Part shown: positions 29,846 through 39,175 of the stretch, piece after piece
How positions within the stretch are numbered: the first letter of the stretch is position 1
Layout of the letters: every line of letters begins with the position of its first letter
Assembly (NCBI GenBank): GCA_964516815.1
Contig: CAZEXK010000004.1
Span: 19,255 to 83,254 of the forward strand
Length of the DNA stretch: 64,000 nucleotides
Direction of reading: 5' to 3'
From: an uncultured Helicobacter sp.
Lineage (GTDB): Bacteria; Campylobacterota; Campylobacteria; Campylobacterales; Arcobacteraceae
Position numbers and translations under genes: made by a program
The notes under the pieces: generated by a model
What the model was told of the DNA's origin: nothing
The model's input: the letters and a program-made list of their open reading frames with translations, nothing else
Database searches by the model: none

Positions 29846-31156
29846 TTAATATTGCATTTTTATTATTTTTAAAAACTTATTGTATCCAAATTCTTTTAAA
29901 GTCAAATGAAGTAAAACATAGCCAGATAAGCTACTAGCAAGAGCTAAGCCAAGTGCTCCGTAAGGTTTTATCAATATTAATGATAAAACGATATTCCATA
30001 CAAAGGCTATCATTGTGATTTTTGCTGCTTTTAATTGTCTCTCATGTGAATATAACCAAAGTGAAAAAATTTTGGCTATACCTAAGGGCAATAATCCAAT
30101 AAGGTATATATACAATATATTAGCTACATTCTTGGTGTCTTGTAATGTAAATTCACCTCTTTGAAATAACAATGAAATAATAAAATCATTAAAAAACATA
30201 CCAATAAAACTAGCAATAAATAAAAGAATAAAAACTACATAAAATGATTTTTGCATATATTTTAAAGCTAAGAGTTCATTTTTATTTTTTATTGCTTTTG
30301 CAATAGTAGGAAATATAGCAATAGATGTAGCAATAGCGAATAAAGCCAAGGGTAATTGAAATACTCTATTTGCATAATATAAAGTAGAAATCGTACCAAG
30401 TACTAAAAATGATGCTAACCAAGTATCTAAAAATGATGATATGTGTGCCGAGCTAGATCCAAATACGGCAGGATAAAATTTTTTATAAAACTTTGATTTT
30501 TCAAACTCTTTTTTACTTTTTTTATAATCAAAAGTAAAAAATTTAATTTTTAATTTTTTTATAACTAATAAATGAATTAAAACTTGTAAAATACCACCAA
30601 TAACAACTGAATAAGATAAATAATATGTAAGTGTGTGTTTATCTTCATTTATTGCTATTAACAATGCACCTATTATAGATAAATTTAACAATGCAGTAGA
30701 AAATGCACTTGTCGCAAAATGATGTTTATATTGTAATAGTGAAGCTAAAAAAGTTACCACAAATATCAATGGTAAGTAATAAAAACAAATTGCGAGCAGG
30801 GGAGATGCTAATGCTATTGTAGTATCATCAAAACCAAAACCTATAGTTTTAGTTACTATAGTTGAAAAAATACTTACAAGTAAACTTAACAATATAATAA
30901 ATGCAGTAAATTGTAAAAATAGTACAGATGAAAATTGTAACTTGTGTTTGCTTTTGGCATATGAAGGGATAAATACTTGAGTAAATGCACCTTCTGCAAA
31001 TACTCTTCTAAATAGATTTGGAAGTTTAAATGCTAGAAAAAATATATCACTAAAGACATTTATACCTAAAATAGATGCCATTAATAAATCTCTTAAAAAT
31101 CCTAAAACCCTAGATATTAAGATTCCAAAACTATTTGTAAATATATTTTTTAACAT
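29846..31156 (-). CDS. murJ: Lipid II flippase MurJ
   Basis: 436-aa polytopic ORF. The N-terminus, SRVLGFLRDLLMASILG...DIFFLAFKLPNLFRRVFAEGAFTQVFIP, is the MurJ signature. Confidence 0.88.
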   Translation of the reverse strand: MLKNIFTNSFGILISRVLGFLRDLLMASILGINVFSDIFFLAFKLPNLFRRVFAEGAFTQVFIPSYAKSKHKLQFSSVLFLQFTAFIILLSLLVSIFSTIVTKTIGFGFDDTTIALASPLLAICFYYLPLIFVVTFLASLLQYKHHFATSAFSTALLNLSIIGALLIAINEDKHTLTYYLSYSVVIGGILQVLIHLLVIKKLKIKFFTFDYKKSKKEFEKSKFYKKFYPAVFGSSSAHISSFLDTWLASFLVLGTISTLYYANRVFQLPLALFAIATSIAIFPTIAKAIKNKNELLALKYMQKSFYVVFILLFIASFIGMFFNDFIISLLFQRGEFTLQDTKNVANILYIYLIGLLPLGIAKIFSLWLYSHERQLKAAKITMIAFVWNIVLSLILIKPYGALGLALASSLSGYVLLHLTLKEFGYNKFLKIIKMQY

Positions 31157-31159
31157 ACA

Positions 31160-32284
31160 TTACAATTGGTATTTTATATTATACCCTCTCATTAGTGGAG
31201 GAACATCATAATAATCAGGGTCATTTGAGTTTATGGCTACATTTACTTGTGTTTTTTCTTCTAGTTCAATTGGTTTTTCATCGGATAAATCAAAACCAGT
31301 TGCTACTATTGTAATTTTTACTTCATCAATATCTAGTGTTGTATCTGTAGTTGTTCCAAATATGATTTCAGCATCACCATCAATAGCATCATCAATTTCA
31401 TCCATAATATTAGTAATAGACAATAATGGTATATTTGGATTTACAGTCCAGTGAACCATTATACCTTTTGCACCACTTAATGCTATTTCATCTAACAGAG
31501 GAGATTTAATTGCATCTTCAAGAGCTTTGATTGCAGCTTCCTCTCCTTTTGCTCTACCAATCCCCATTAATGCCATACCTTTGTGTTGCATTATAGTTTT
31601 TATATCCGCAAAATCGGCATTTATATCATTACTACCTGGATTTAGTATAACTTCACTCATACCATTTACAGCTTGATATAAAATATTGTCTACTATTTTA
31701 AATGCATCTTTCATACCAATATTTGGATCACTTATATCTTTTAGTTTTTCATTTTGTACTATTATTATTGAATCAGTAACTTTTTTTAATTCTTCTAATC
31801 CTAAATTAGCTAAACCAGCTCGTCTTTTACCTTCCCATTTAAATGGTTTTGTAACAACAGCAACAGTTAAGGCATCAACTTCTTTAGCAGCTTTAGCAAC
31901 AACAGCAGCAGCTCCCGTACCAGTACCTCCACCCAATCCAGCTGAAACAAAAACTATATCACTTCCTCTTAGTGCATCTTTTATTTCTTCATAACTTTCA
32001 AGTGCAGAATCTCTTCCAATTTCTGGTTTCATTCCTGCACCTAAACCTTTTGTCAATTCAAAACCAAGCTGAATTTTTTTAGGTGCTTGTGAAATTTTTA
32101 ATGCTTGAAGATCAGTATTTGCAACAATTAAATCAACTTTATAAATACCTTCATTTATCATATGATTAATCATATTACAACCACCACCACCAACTCCAAT
32201 AACAGCAATTTTTGCAACGTTATCTTCTAATACTTTATTTGGCATTTGTTCTGTTATTTGTGGGTTAAATAAGTTATCATCCAT
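31160..32284 (-). CDS. ftsZ: Cell division protein FtsZ
   Basis: Motifs GVGGGGCN and GGGTGTGAAAVVA. I prefer the ATG at 32284, which overlaps the ftsA stop as TAATG. The ORF track extends to an upstream ATG at 32311, inside ftsA. Confidence 0.95.
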   Translation of the reverse strand: MDDNLFNPQITEQMPNKVLEDNVAKIAVIGVGGGGCNMINHMINEGIYKVDLIVANTDLQALKISQAPKKIQLGFELTKGLGAGMKPEIGRDSALESYEEIKDALRGSDIVFVSAGLGGGTGTGAAAVVAKAAKEVDALTVAVVTKPFKWEGKRRAGLANLGLEELKKVTDSIIIVQNEKLKDISDPNIGMKDAFKIVDNILYQAVNGMSEVILNPGSNDINADFADIKTIMQHKGMALMGIGRAKGEEAAIKALEDAIKSPLLDEIALSGAKGIMVHWTVNPNIPLLSITNIMDEIDDAIDGDAEIIFGTTTDTTLDIDEVKITIVATGFDLSDEKPIELEEKTQVNVAINSNDPDYYDVPPLMRGYNIKYQL

Positions 32285-33663
32285 TATAATAATTCTCCAA
32301 TCTTTTTCCAAATACTTGAAAAAACAGATTTTTCACTTTCATTATGTTTTTTTTCAATACTTTGTAAGCTTTCTAGATTGTCTATTTGATGATCTTCTTC
32401 ATGTTCTTGTATATTTTTTGAAATTACTGGTTGTACTATTTTTGGTTCAATTATATCTTTTTCTACGCTTGGACTGATTCTAAGTTCTTTTTGAAAATTT
32501 AATTCAAAAAAACCATCGTCATCTAAGGCATATAAGAGTAGTCCGACTGTAGTTGATAAAGTAGGGTCTTCAAAGTTTATATAGCCATTTTGTATATTTT
32601 GTGGAGTAGATAAGGTTACTGGCAAATTGCCGAATACTTTTTGTGCAAGTAAATCAATACCTGGTATTTGTGACATTCCTCCTGTAATAACTAAACCATT
32701 TATATTTTCTTTTAATTGACTTTGCTGTAGTTTTGTATAAACTAAAGATAAGATTTCTTCAACTCTTGCATGAACCATAGGTTGAATTAAATCCAATGAA
32801 ATCTCTTGTGATTCTTTTGGGTTACTTAGTACTGGTACTTTAACCTTTGTAATTGTATTTTCATCATTTGTATTTTTACCCAATAAGTTTGCATATGATT
32901 TTTTAACTTCATTAGCTGCACTTATTGGAGTGTTTAACATGATTGATAAGTCATTTGTAATTGATTCACTACCAAATTGTACTACATCATTAAAAAGTAA
33001 TGATTTATTTTTAAATATTCCCAATTCACTAGTACTAGCACCTAAATTAATAACAGCAGTACCTGATTTTTTTTGATCCTCACTAGTTGTTGATAGTATT
33101 GAAGCATATGACCTTAGTACAAAGTTTGTAACATCAAGATTTGATTTTTTTAATGCTTGTTGTATATTATTAATAGATGTTTTTTTAGCTGTAATTATAT
33201 TAGCGTATACTTCAAGTCTTGTGCCATTCATATTTAGTGGATTGTCTATTGTATTGTTATCATCTACTTTGAAATATAAAGGAATAACATGTATTACTTC
33301 ATAATCTGGTACAATTGATGCATCAAATAATGCCATAGTCAATACTTGTTTTATCTCTTTTTTGGTTATATGTCCACTTGGAATATTTATAAAACCTTTA
33401 CTTCTTTTGCTATTAGTATGAATTGCAGATAAAGAAACAAACGTTGAAAAACTACTTATATTACTTGAACTTTTAGATAAATCAACAGCTTCTTTTATAC
33501 AATAACTAGCTTTATCTATATCAACAATTGCACCTTTTTTTATTCCATTACTTTGTGATTTACCAATACCTAAAATATTTATTTTATTATTAAGGTCATT
33601 TTGTGCTATTACACATATTACTTCTGTCGTTCCAATGTCTATTGTTAATATTGCTTTATTCAA
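32284..33663 (-). CDS. ftsA: Cell division protein FtsA
   Basis: 459-aa actin-fold ORF (LTIDIGTTEV, VINLGASTSE, GLVITGGMSQIPG). Confidence 0.93.
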   Translation of the reverse strand: MNKAILTIDIGTTEVICVIAQNDLNNKINILGIGKSQSNGIKKGAIVDIDKASYCIKEAVDLSKSSSNISSFSTFVSLSAIHTNSKRSKGFINIPSGHITKKEIKQVLTMALFDASIVPDYEVIHVIPLYFKVDDNNTIDNPLNMNGTRLEVYANIITAKKTSINNIQQALKKSNLDVTNFVLRSYASILSTTSEDQKKSGTAVINLGASTSELGIFKNKSLLFNDVVQFGSESITNDLSIMLNTPISAANEVKKSYANLLGKNTNDENTITKVKVPVLSNPKESQEISLDLIQPMVHARVEEILSLVYTKLQQSQLKENINGLVITGGMSQIPGIDLLAQKVFGNLPVTLSTPQNIQNGYINFEDPTLSTTVGLLLYALDDDGFFELNFQKELRISPSVEKDIIEPKIVQPVISKNIQEHEEDHQIDNLESLQSIEKKHNESEKSVFSSIWKKIGELL

Positions 33664-35004
33664 TTAGTTTACTTTATAATTTTTTTTAACTTTGTACGTT
33701 GATTTAAGCTTTTCAATTAATGAAGTTAATGTTACTTGACTTTTTAATTGTAAGATACTATTTTTTACTGCATCATCATTTTTTGCATCATATGAAGATA
33801 ATGATGTATCTAATATTTTAAATACAACTATTTTATTGTCCAATTGTATAAAATCAATAAGGTTAGTAGATGAAGATACTTTATTTGTCAAAGAAGTAAC
33901 TTCGCTTTGACTTAGTCCAGAAATTTTAATAGGTACAGTTTTATCAAGAAAACCTATGTCTTTACCTGTAAAGTCTTTTAATAAAACATCTTTTTTTTGA
34001 TTTAATAAAATATTTTTTTGATATTTAGTATAATCAGCATTAACCTGCGTTTTTACCTCTTTAAATTCTAGAACTTGAGCTGGTATTTTTCTAGTTAACT
34101 GATAAATAATATAGTCATTATTAACTCTTATTGGTTTTAATACGCTACCTAGTTCAGAGTTAAAAATACTATTTTGTTCTTCAATAGATAAATAATCAAC
34201 ATTTTTATCTAAAATTATTTTTTCGCTAAATACTTCTTTTGCTTTTTTTAATTTTAAATATTTTTTTAATGCTTGAGTTTTAGATTTCTTCTCATCTTCT
34301 CCTATAGCTATTTTTTGTATATTTACTTCATACTTTTCAATTGATTTATAATTGTTTTTATTTTTATTATAATATTCTTTTAATTTTGTTTCATCAACAG
34401 TAACGCTCATATCTTTTGAATTTAAAATTGAAATTGAAATTTTATCTTTTGCAAAGACAAGAGTACTAAATATTTTAACAATATCATCATTTACGCTTGA
34501 TTTGTATATATCTTGTACTTTTTGAATGATAAGATTTTTTCTTATTTGCTCTTCAAACTCTTTTGGAGATGTTTGATTTTGTTTTAATATTGATTTATAT
34601 GTATTGTTATCAAAAACTCCATTTTTTAAAAATGAAGGTATTTTAACTAATTCTTTAAACACTTCTTCATCACTTGATATTATTCCAAAATCATCAGCAA
34701 GATTAAGTATAAGGTATTTTTGTATTAGATTATTTAAAGCTAAGCTTTCTAGTTTAAACTGCTTTGCTATTTCTGCGTTAAATTGTTGACCTAAAGTTTT
34801 TTGATATTGTGAGTATAAATTTGAATATTCTTGCTGTAAATCATTTAAAGGAATTTCTTTTTTCCCTACAACCGCAACGCTAGTTGTTGTGCTTCCAGGA
34901 GAATACGAACCCCAACCAACAAATCCTGCTCCTACAAATGCAATAGTACTAATCCAAATTGTAGGTAAAAGCCATTTTTTGTTTTTTTGCATGCTTGAAA
35001 TCAT
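33664..35004 (-). CDS. PpiD/SurA-like periplasmic chaperone (membrane-anchored)
   Basis: 446-aa ORF with an N-terminal TM anchor (WLLPTIWISTIAFVGAGFVGW) followed by a SurA-N-like helical domain. It sits directly upstream of ftsA, as in Campylobacter. Confidence 0.7.
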   Translation of the reverse strand: MISSMQKNKKWLLPTIWISTIAFVGAGFVGWGSYSPGSTTTSVAVVGKKEIPLNDLQQEYSNLYSQYQKTLGQQFNAEIAKQFKLESLALNNLIQKYLILNLADDFGIISSDEEVFKELVKIPSFLKNGVFDNNTYKSILKQNQTSPKEFEEQIRKNLIIQKVQDIYKSSVNDDIVKIFSTLVFAKDKISISILNSKDMSVTVDETKLKEYYNKNKNNYKSIEKYEVNIQKIAIGEDEKKSKTQALKKYLKLKKAKEVFSEKIILDKNVDYLSIEEQNSIFNSELGSVLKPIRVNNDYIIYQLTRKIPAQVLEFKEVKTQVNADYTKYQKNILLNQKKDVLLKDFTGKDIGFLDKTVPIKISGLSQSEVTSLTNKVSSSTNLIDFIQLDNKIVVFKILDTSLSSYDAKNDDAVKNSILQLKSQVTLTSLIEKLKSTYKVKKNYKVN

Positions 35005-35185
35005 ATTTATTAAACCCTTAAATTATATTTTGTAATTTTATCCATTTCTTACTTTAAAATGGCTTTGTAAAACTGTATATAATACTTATAAGAGCTATAG
35101 GTTATATCTGAGATTTATAAATTTAGTACTAATTAAGCAATAATATTATTTGAGTATAGTTTTTATATAAAATGAGTCAATATTT

Positions 35186-35194
35186 TGCTACAAT
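35186..35194 (+). promoter_or_regulatory. Extended -10 (TGcTACAAT) placed 7 nt before the ATG at 35202
   Basis: The sequence reads ttTGCTACAATttcaataATGaaa, with no SD motif between the box and the ATG. Confidence 0.35.
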
Positions 35195-35201
35195 TTCAAT
35201 A

Positions 35202-35645
35202 ATGAAAAATATATTTATCTTAATGATGCCGCTTATTTTATTTTCACAAGAAAGTAAACTTGTAAATCTTCTTTCAGAAACGAATGATAATTCATTTATC
35301 ACTCAATATGAATATGGAAAGATGCTATTTAATAACCCAAGAGGTATCTCATGTAAGAAATGTCATGGAGATAAGGCACAAGGTAAGTTTATATCTAAGT
35401 TTGAACATAAAGTAAAAAGTAAGAAATATAATTGTGTTGTTGAAACATACGATATTAAAAATGTTAATTTAAACGATTTTAGAGATAAACTAGATCAACA
35501 AAAAAAAGATAAAAAAATTAATTTTAAACAAGATGATGTTTGCAAAAAATTGATTTATGGAAATATAATGCCTAAGTATTTTTTAACTAACGATGAAGTA
35601 GATTCAATTTACTTTTATATAAGGAATGTAAATAACAATGAATAA
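35202..35645 (+). CDS. Monohaem c-type cytochrome, periplasmic
   Basis: Haem-binding motif CKKCHG. Starting at ATG 35202 gives a clean signal peptide, MKNIFILMMPLILFSQE. The ORF track starts 30 nt upstream, at 35172. Confidence 0.75.
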   Translation: MKNIFILMMPLILFSQESKLVNLLSETNDNSFITQYEYGKMLFNNPRGISCKKCHGDKAQGKFISKFEHKVKSKKYNCVVETYDIKNVNLNDFRDKLDQQKKDKKINFKQDDVCKKLIYGNIMPKYFLTNDEVDSIYFYIRNVNNNE

Positions 35646-36453
35646 ATCATACCTAATGGTTCCAGGTGATAAGCAAGAGCTAATTGAAAAAATAAGTGAA
35701 TTAACTGCTGCTTATTATGTGATAAACTTAGAAAATGGAGTGCATGATAAAAATAATGCACGAAAACAAGTATATAAATATATAAATAAAAGTTCAAATA
35801 AAGATAAAATCATTGTAAGAGTTAATTCTTTAGAAACTTGTGGTAAAAAAGATATAAAATTAATAAATATGGTAAGGCCTTTAGCAATTTGTTTGTCAAA
35901 GATAAAAAATGTACAAGATATAAAAATCGCACTGGAATTAATACACAAAGATATTGATGTTCATTTGTGTATTGAAACATCACAAAGTTTACAAAGTTTA
36001 ATAACATTTGGTATACATGAAAGAGTAACTACAGTGTATTTAGAGATCTCTGATGTACTTGAATCCTTATATTTACCTCAAACAATACTAACTGTAAATA
36101 ACCCAAGCATAGATTATATCTTAGGTAAGTTTTTAGTTGATAGTAAATCTGCTAATTTAAATCCTGTTTCTTTTGCATTTAAAGATTATAATGATACAGA
36201 AAAATTTACTTTATGGTGTAATAAAGTTCACAATATGGGATTTATTTCAAAAGCATGTATCTGTCCATCACAAGTTAAAATTGCTAATAATTTATTTATT
36301 ATAAATTCAGTTGAAATGATAGATGCTAGAAATATTGTAAAACTATATGAAAAAAACATGAGAAATGGAATAGTTGGATTTAGTGACTTAAAATATGGTT
36401 ATATAGATGAGCCTGCATACAAGAATGCTAAGCTAACACTAAGTAAAATTTAA
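35638..36453 (+). CDS. HpcH/HpaI aldolase / citrate lyase beta (CitE)-like protein
   Basis: 271-aa ORF colinear with the CitE pattern: LMVPGD, VINLENGV (canonical DLEDAV), ARKQV, IIVRVN, HLCIETSQ, EISD, ICPSQV. It overlaps the cytochrome c gene by 8 nt. Confidence 0.6.
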   Translation: MNKSYLMVPGDKQELIEKISELTAAYYVINLENGVHDKNNARKQVYKYINKSSNKDKIIVRVNSLETCGKKDIKLINMVRPLAICLSKIKNVQDIKIALELIHKDIDVHLCIETSQSLQSLITFGIHERVTTVYLEISDVLESLYLPQTILTVNNPSIDYILGKFLVDSKSANLNPVSFAFKDYNDTEKFTLWCNKVHNMGFISKACICPSQVKIANNLFIINSVEMIDARNIVKLYEKNMRNGIVGFSDLKYGYIDEPAYKNAKLTLSKI

Positions 36454-36454
36454 G

Positions 36455-36460
36455 TAAAAT
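36455..36460 (+). promoter_or_regulatory. Putative -10 box (TAAAAT) followed by a GC-rich discriminator (TCGCGC), for rplY-pth
   Basis: The sequence reads aagTAAAATTCGCGCaact, 48 nt upstream of the L25 ATG. Confidence 0.3.
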
Positions 36461-36507
36461 TCGCGCAACTAATGCTAGTCATTGGTAATAATACAAAAGG
36501 AAATATA

Positions 36508-37044
36508 ATGTTAGAAGGAATACTTAGAGAGAGTATCGTAAAACAATCGACAAAACAACTTAGACGAGATGGTTATCTAATAGCTAACATTTACGGAAAA
36601 GGTATTGAAAATATCAATGCTGCTTTTAAAGTAAATGATTTTATTAGATTTATGAAAAATAAAAAAACAATTGCTTTTGAGGTAAGTGTTGGTGGTACAA
36701 CACATAAAGTTGTAATTAAAGAATATCAAAAAGACCCAGTTACAAGTGATCTAGTACATGTAGATTTACAAGTTGCTGTTCCTGGTGTAATTTCAAATTA
36801 TTTAGTACCAGTTACAACTGAAGGTACTGCAATAGGACTTAAAAATAAAGGTCTATTATCATATCACAGAAAAAGAGTAGAAGTTAAATGTACAATTGAA
36901 AACTTACCAGAATCATTTCATTTTAATGTGACTAAATTGGATACTGGTGATAATTATCTAGTAAGAGATTTAGAATTAAATGATGATGTTAAGTGTTACT
37001 TGGACCCAAGAGTACCAATTGTTGGTATCATTAAAATTAAGTAA
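36508..37044 (+). CDS. rplY: 50S ribosomal protein L25 / general stress protein Ctc
   Basis: MLEGILRES...[17 protein letters not shown] is the typical L25 N-terminus. RBS AAAGGAaatataATG. The ORF track starts at 36472. Confidence 0.9.
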   Translation: MLEGILRESIVKQSTKQLRRDGYLIANIYGKGIENINAAFKVNDFIRFMKNKKTIAFEVSVGGTTHKVVIKEYQKDPVTSDLVHVDLQVAVPGVISNYLVPVTTEGTAIGLKNKGLLSYHRKRVEVKCTIENLPESFHFNVTKLDTGDNYLVRDLELNDDVKCYLDPRVPIVGIIKIK

Positions 37045-37053
37045 TAATCTTTC

Positions 37054-37605
37054 ATGTACTTAATTGCAGGACTTGGTAATCCTGGCGATAAATATGCCAA
37101 AAATAGGCATAATATCGGGTTTTTAGTTATTGATGAAATAATTAAAAACTACACTACATCAAATATAAATAATACAAACTTTCAAGCTATAGCATTTAAA
37201 GCTCCTAATATAGTGTTTGTAAAACCACAGACATTTATGAATTTATCAGGAAAAAGTATTTTAAATATTGCTGAGTATTATAATATAGCAAATGAAAATA
37301 TTGTAATTATTCATGATGATTTAGATTTACCATTTGGAGCTATGAAGTTCAAAATAGGTGGTGGACATGGTGGACATAATGGTCTTCGTTCCATTGATTC
37401 ACATATTAATAAAGACTATATAAGAGTTAGGATTGGTATTGGTAAACCTACTAATAAAGCTGATGTTGCTAATTATGTTTTGGGCGATTTTTCTAAAGAA
37501 GAATCAAATAAATTAAACGATATTATTGTACATGCTATTAAGGCTATTGATAAAATTCAAAAAGAAGACATAGAAAAAGTAAAATCAACTTTTACAATTA
37601 AATAA
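37054..37605 (+). CDS. pth: Peptidyl-tRNA hydrolase
   Basis: 183-aa ORF with LIAGLGNPG..Y...RHNIGF, FMNLSG and GGHGGHNGLRS motifs. Confidence 0.96.
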   Translation: MYLIAGLGNPGDKYAKNRHNIGFLVIDEIIKNYTTSNINNTNFQAIAFKAPNIVFVKPQTFMNLSGKSILNIAEYYNIANENIVIIHDDLDLPFGAMKFKIGGGHGGHNGLRSIDSHINKDYIRVRIGIGKPTNKADVANYVLGDFSKEESNKLNDIIVHAIKAIDKIQKEDIEKVKSTFTIK

Positions 37606-37619
37606 TTAAAGGTTAATAA

Positions 37620-38684
37620 TTGAAAATAATAACAAAATATCTTTTAAAAATATATTTAAAGTTTTTTTTTATTATTTTAATTTCACTTGAATTATTTTTT
37701 GCTGGTTTTGATTATATGCAAAATGCATCATTTTTACCAAATTCAGCAAATTTACAATTGTTGTATTTACTTTACAATTCTTTTTTTATTTTAACTATAA
37801 CTTTGCCATTATCTATATTGTTTGCATGGGTTATTACACTAACAGTTTTAGTAAAAGAAAATGCTCTTGTTAGTTTTTATTCATTGGGAGTATCTAGAAG
37901 ACAAGTGGTCTTACCAGTACTATTTGTATCTTTTTTCATAACATCTGTTTTAATTGGATTACAATCAACTGATTTAGCCTACTCTTATGAACAAAAAAAT
38001 AAAATATTGAATAACAAGTACTTTGTAAGTGAAAAAAACAATATTCTATTAAAATACAATGATAATTTTGTTTATTTTAAAAAGTTATTTCCTTTAGAAA
38101 AAAAAGCTATAGATATACATATTTTTAAAGTTAAAAACAATCAATTAGTACAAATAATCATTGCCAAAAAAGCATATTATCAAAAAAATAGATGGTATGT
38201 AGTAGATGCAAAAATAATTACTAAATCAGAACATATAGTTTTAGATAAATCAAAATTAAATATAACATATGAGAAATTTTTGTTTACTCTAAATGGTTTT
38301 AAACCTGAAATAATAAACAATGTTTATAAGTCAAAAGTACAATATTCAATTCCAGATGCAATTTATACAATTCAACTCTTTTCACAGCAAAATCAAAATA
38401 CGAATAAAATAAAGGCTATTTTATATTCTAAAATATTTGTTCCTTACTTTATATTACCAATATTAGTGTTGATATTTTTATATACTAAGATATCAAGTAG
38501 ACTTTTTAATTCCAGTGCATTTATATCTGTTGGTATATTCTCAACACTTATAATTTGGGGAATATTCTTTTTATTGCAAAAGCTTTCTGTTGGTAATATA
38601 TTAAATGCTGAGATTGCGTTGTTATTACCTCTATTTGGTATTATTATATATACTAAAATTTATTTTGATAAGGTTACGGCATGA
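37620..38684 (+). CDS. LptF/LptG-family LPS export permease
   Basis: 354-aa ORF with a TTG start. It has 3 TM segments, a periplasmic beta-jellyroll-sized loop, then 3 more TM segments. N-terminus IITKYLLKIYLKFFFII. Confidence 0.75.
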   Translation: MKIITKYLLKIYLKFFFIILISLELFFAGFDYMQNASFLPNSANLQLLYLLYNSFFILTITLPLSILFAWVITLTVLVKENALVSFYSLGVSRRQVVLPVLFVSFFITSVLIGLQSTDLAYSYEQKNKILNNKYFVSEKNNILLKYNDNFVYFKKLFPLEKKAIDIHIFKVKNNQLVQIIIAKKAYYQKNRWYVVDAKIITKSEHIVLDKSKLNITYEKFLFTLNGFKPEIINNVYKSKVQYSIPDAIYTIQLFSQQNQNTNKIKAILYSKIFVPYFILPILVLIFLYTKISSRLFNSSAFISVGIFSTLIIWGIFFLLQKLSVGNILNAEIALLLPLFGIIIYTKIYFDKVTA

Positions 38685-39115
38685 TTATTGAAACCGTTAA
38701 TGCTTATGGCGTATGTTTATATAAAAAACATAAAAATACACACTATATATTGTTATGTAAATCCGTACTTAGTAAAAATAAATGGGGATTACTCAAAGGT
38801 GTTCAAGAAGAGTTTGAAAACAATAAACAAACAGCTATTCGTGAATTTTTTGAAGAATCTAGTATAAAAATTAATGCTAAAAAATTAGGAAATTATTATT
38901 ATGAAGAAAATGAAGATAAAAATATTGGCATATATATGTCAAATGCAAAATTTGTTAAAAGTTTAGATACTTATTTTATTGATGATATTTTAAAAGAAGA
39001 ATATTTATGTAAAGAAAACTCTCAAGTAAAATTTTTTGATATTTTAGATCTTCCTCCTATTAAGAAAAAACAAGTAAATATTATAAAAAATATTGTAAAA
39101 GATATTAATCACTAA
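38681..39115 (+). CDS. Nudix-family hydrolase (small)
   Basis: 144 aa. The Nudix box GVQEEFENNKQTAIREFFEESSI fits G-x5-E-x7-REUxEExGU except for the last G. Confidence 0.65.
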   Translation: MIIETVNAYGVCLYKKHKNTHYILLCKSVLSKNKWGLLKGVQEEFENNKQTAIREFFEESSIKINAKKLGNYYYEENEDKNIGIYMSNAKFVKSLDTYFIDDILKEEYLCKENSQVKFFDILDLPPIKKKQVNIIKNIVKDINH

Positions 39116-39175
39116 GTCCCAACATATCTTACATTTGCTATAATTTTATCAAATTAAAAATATAAGGAATATATT

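Noticed and set aside
39116-39175. Possible SAM/Met riboswitch or T-box leader ahead of metY-metX.
   Set aside because: The intergenic leader is only about 60 nt. It contains just a TGcTATAAT promoter and an AAGGA RBS, with no room for an aptamer.
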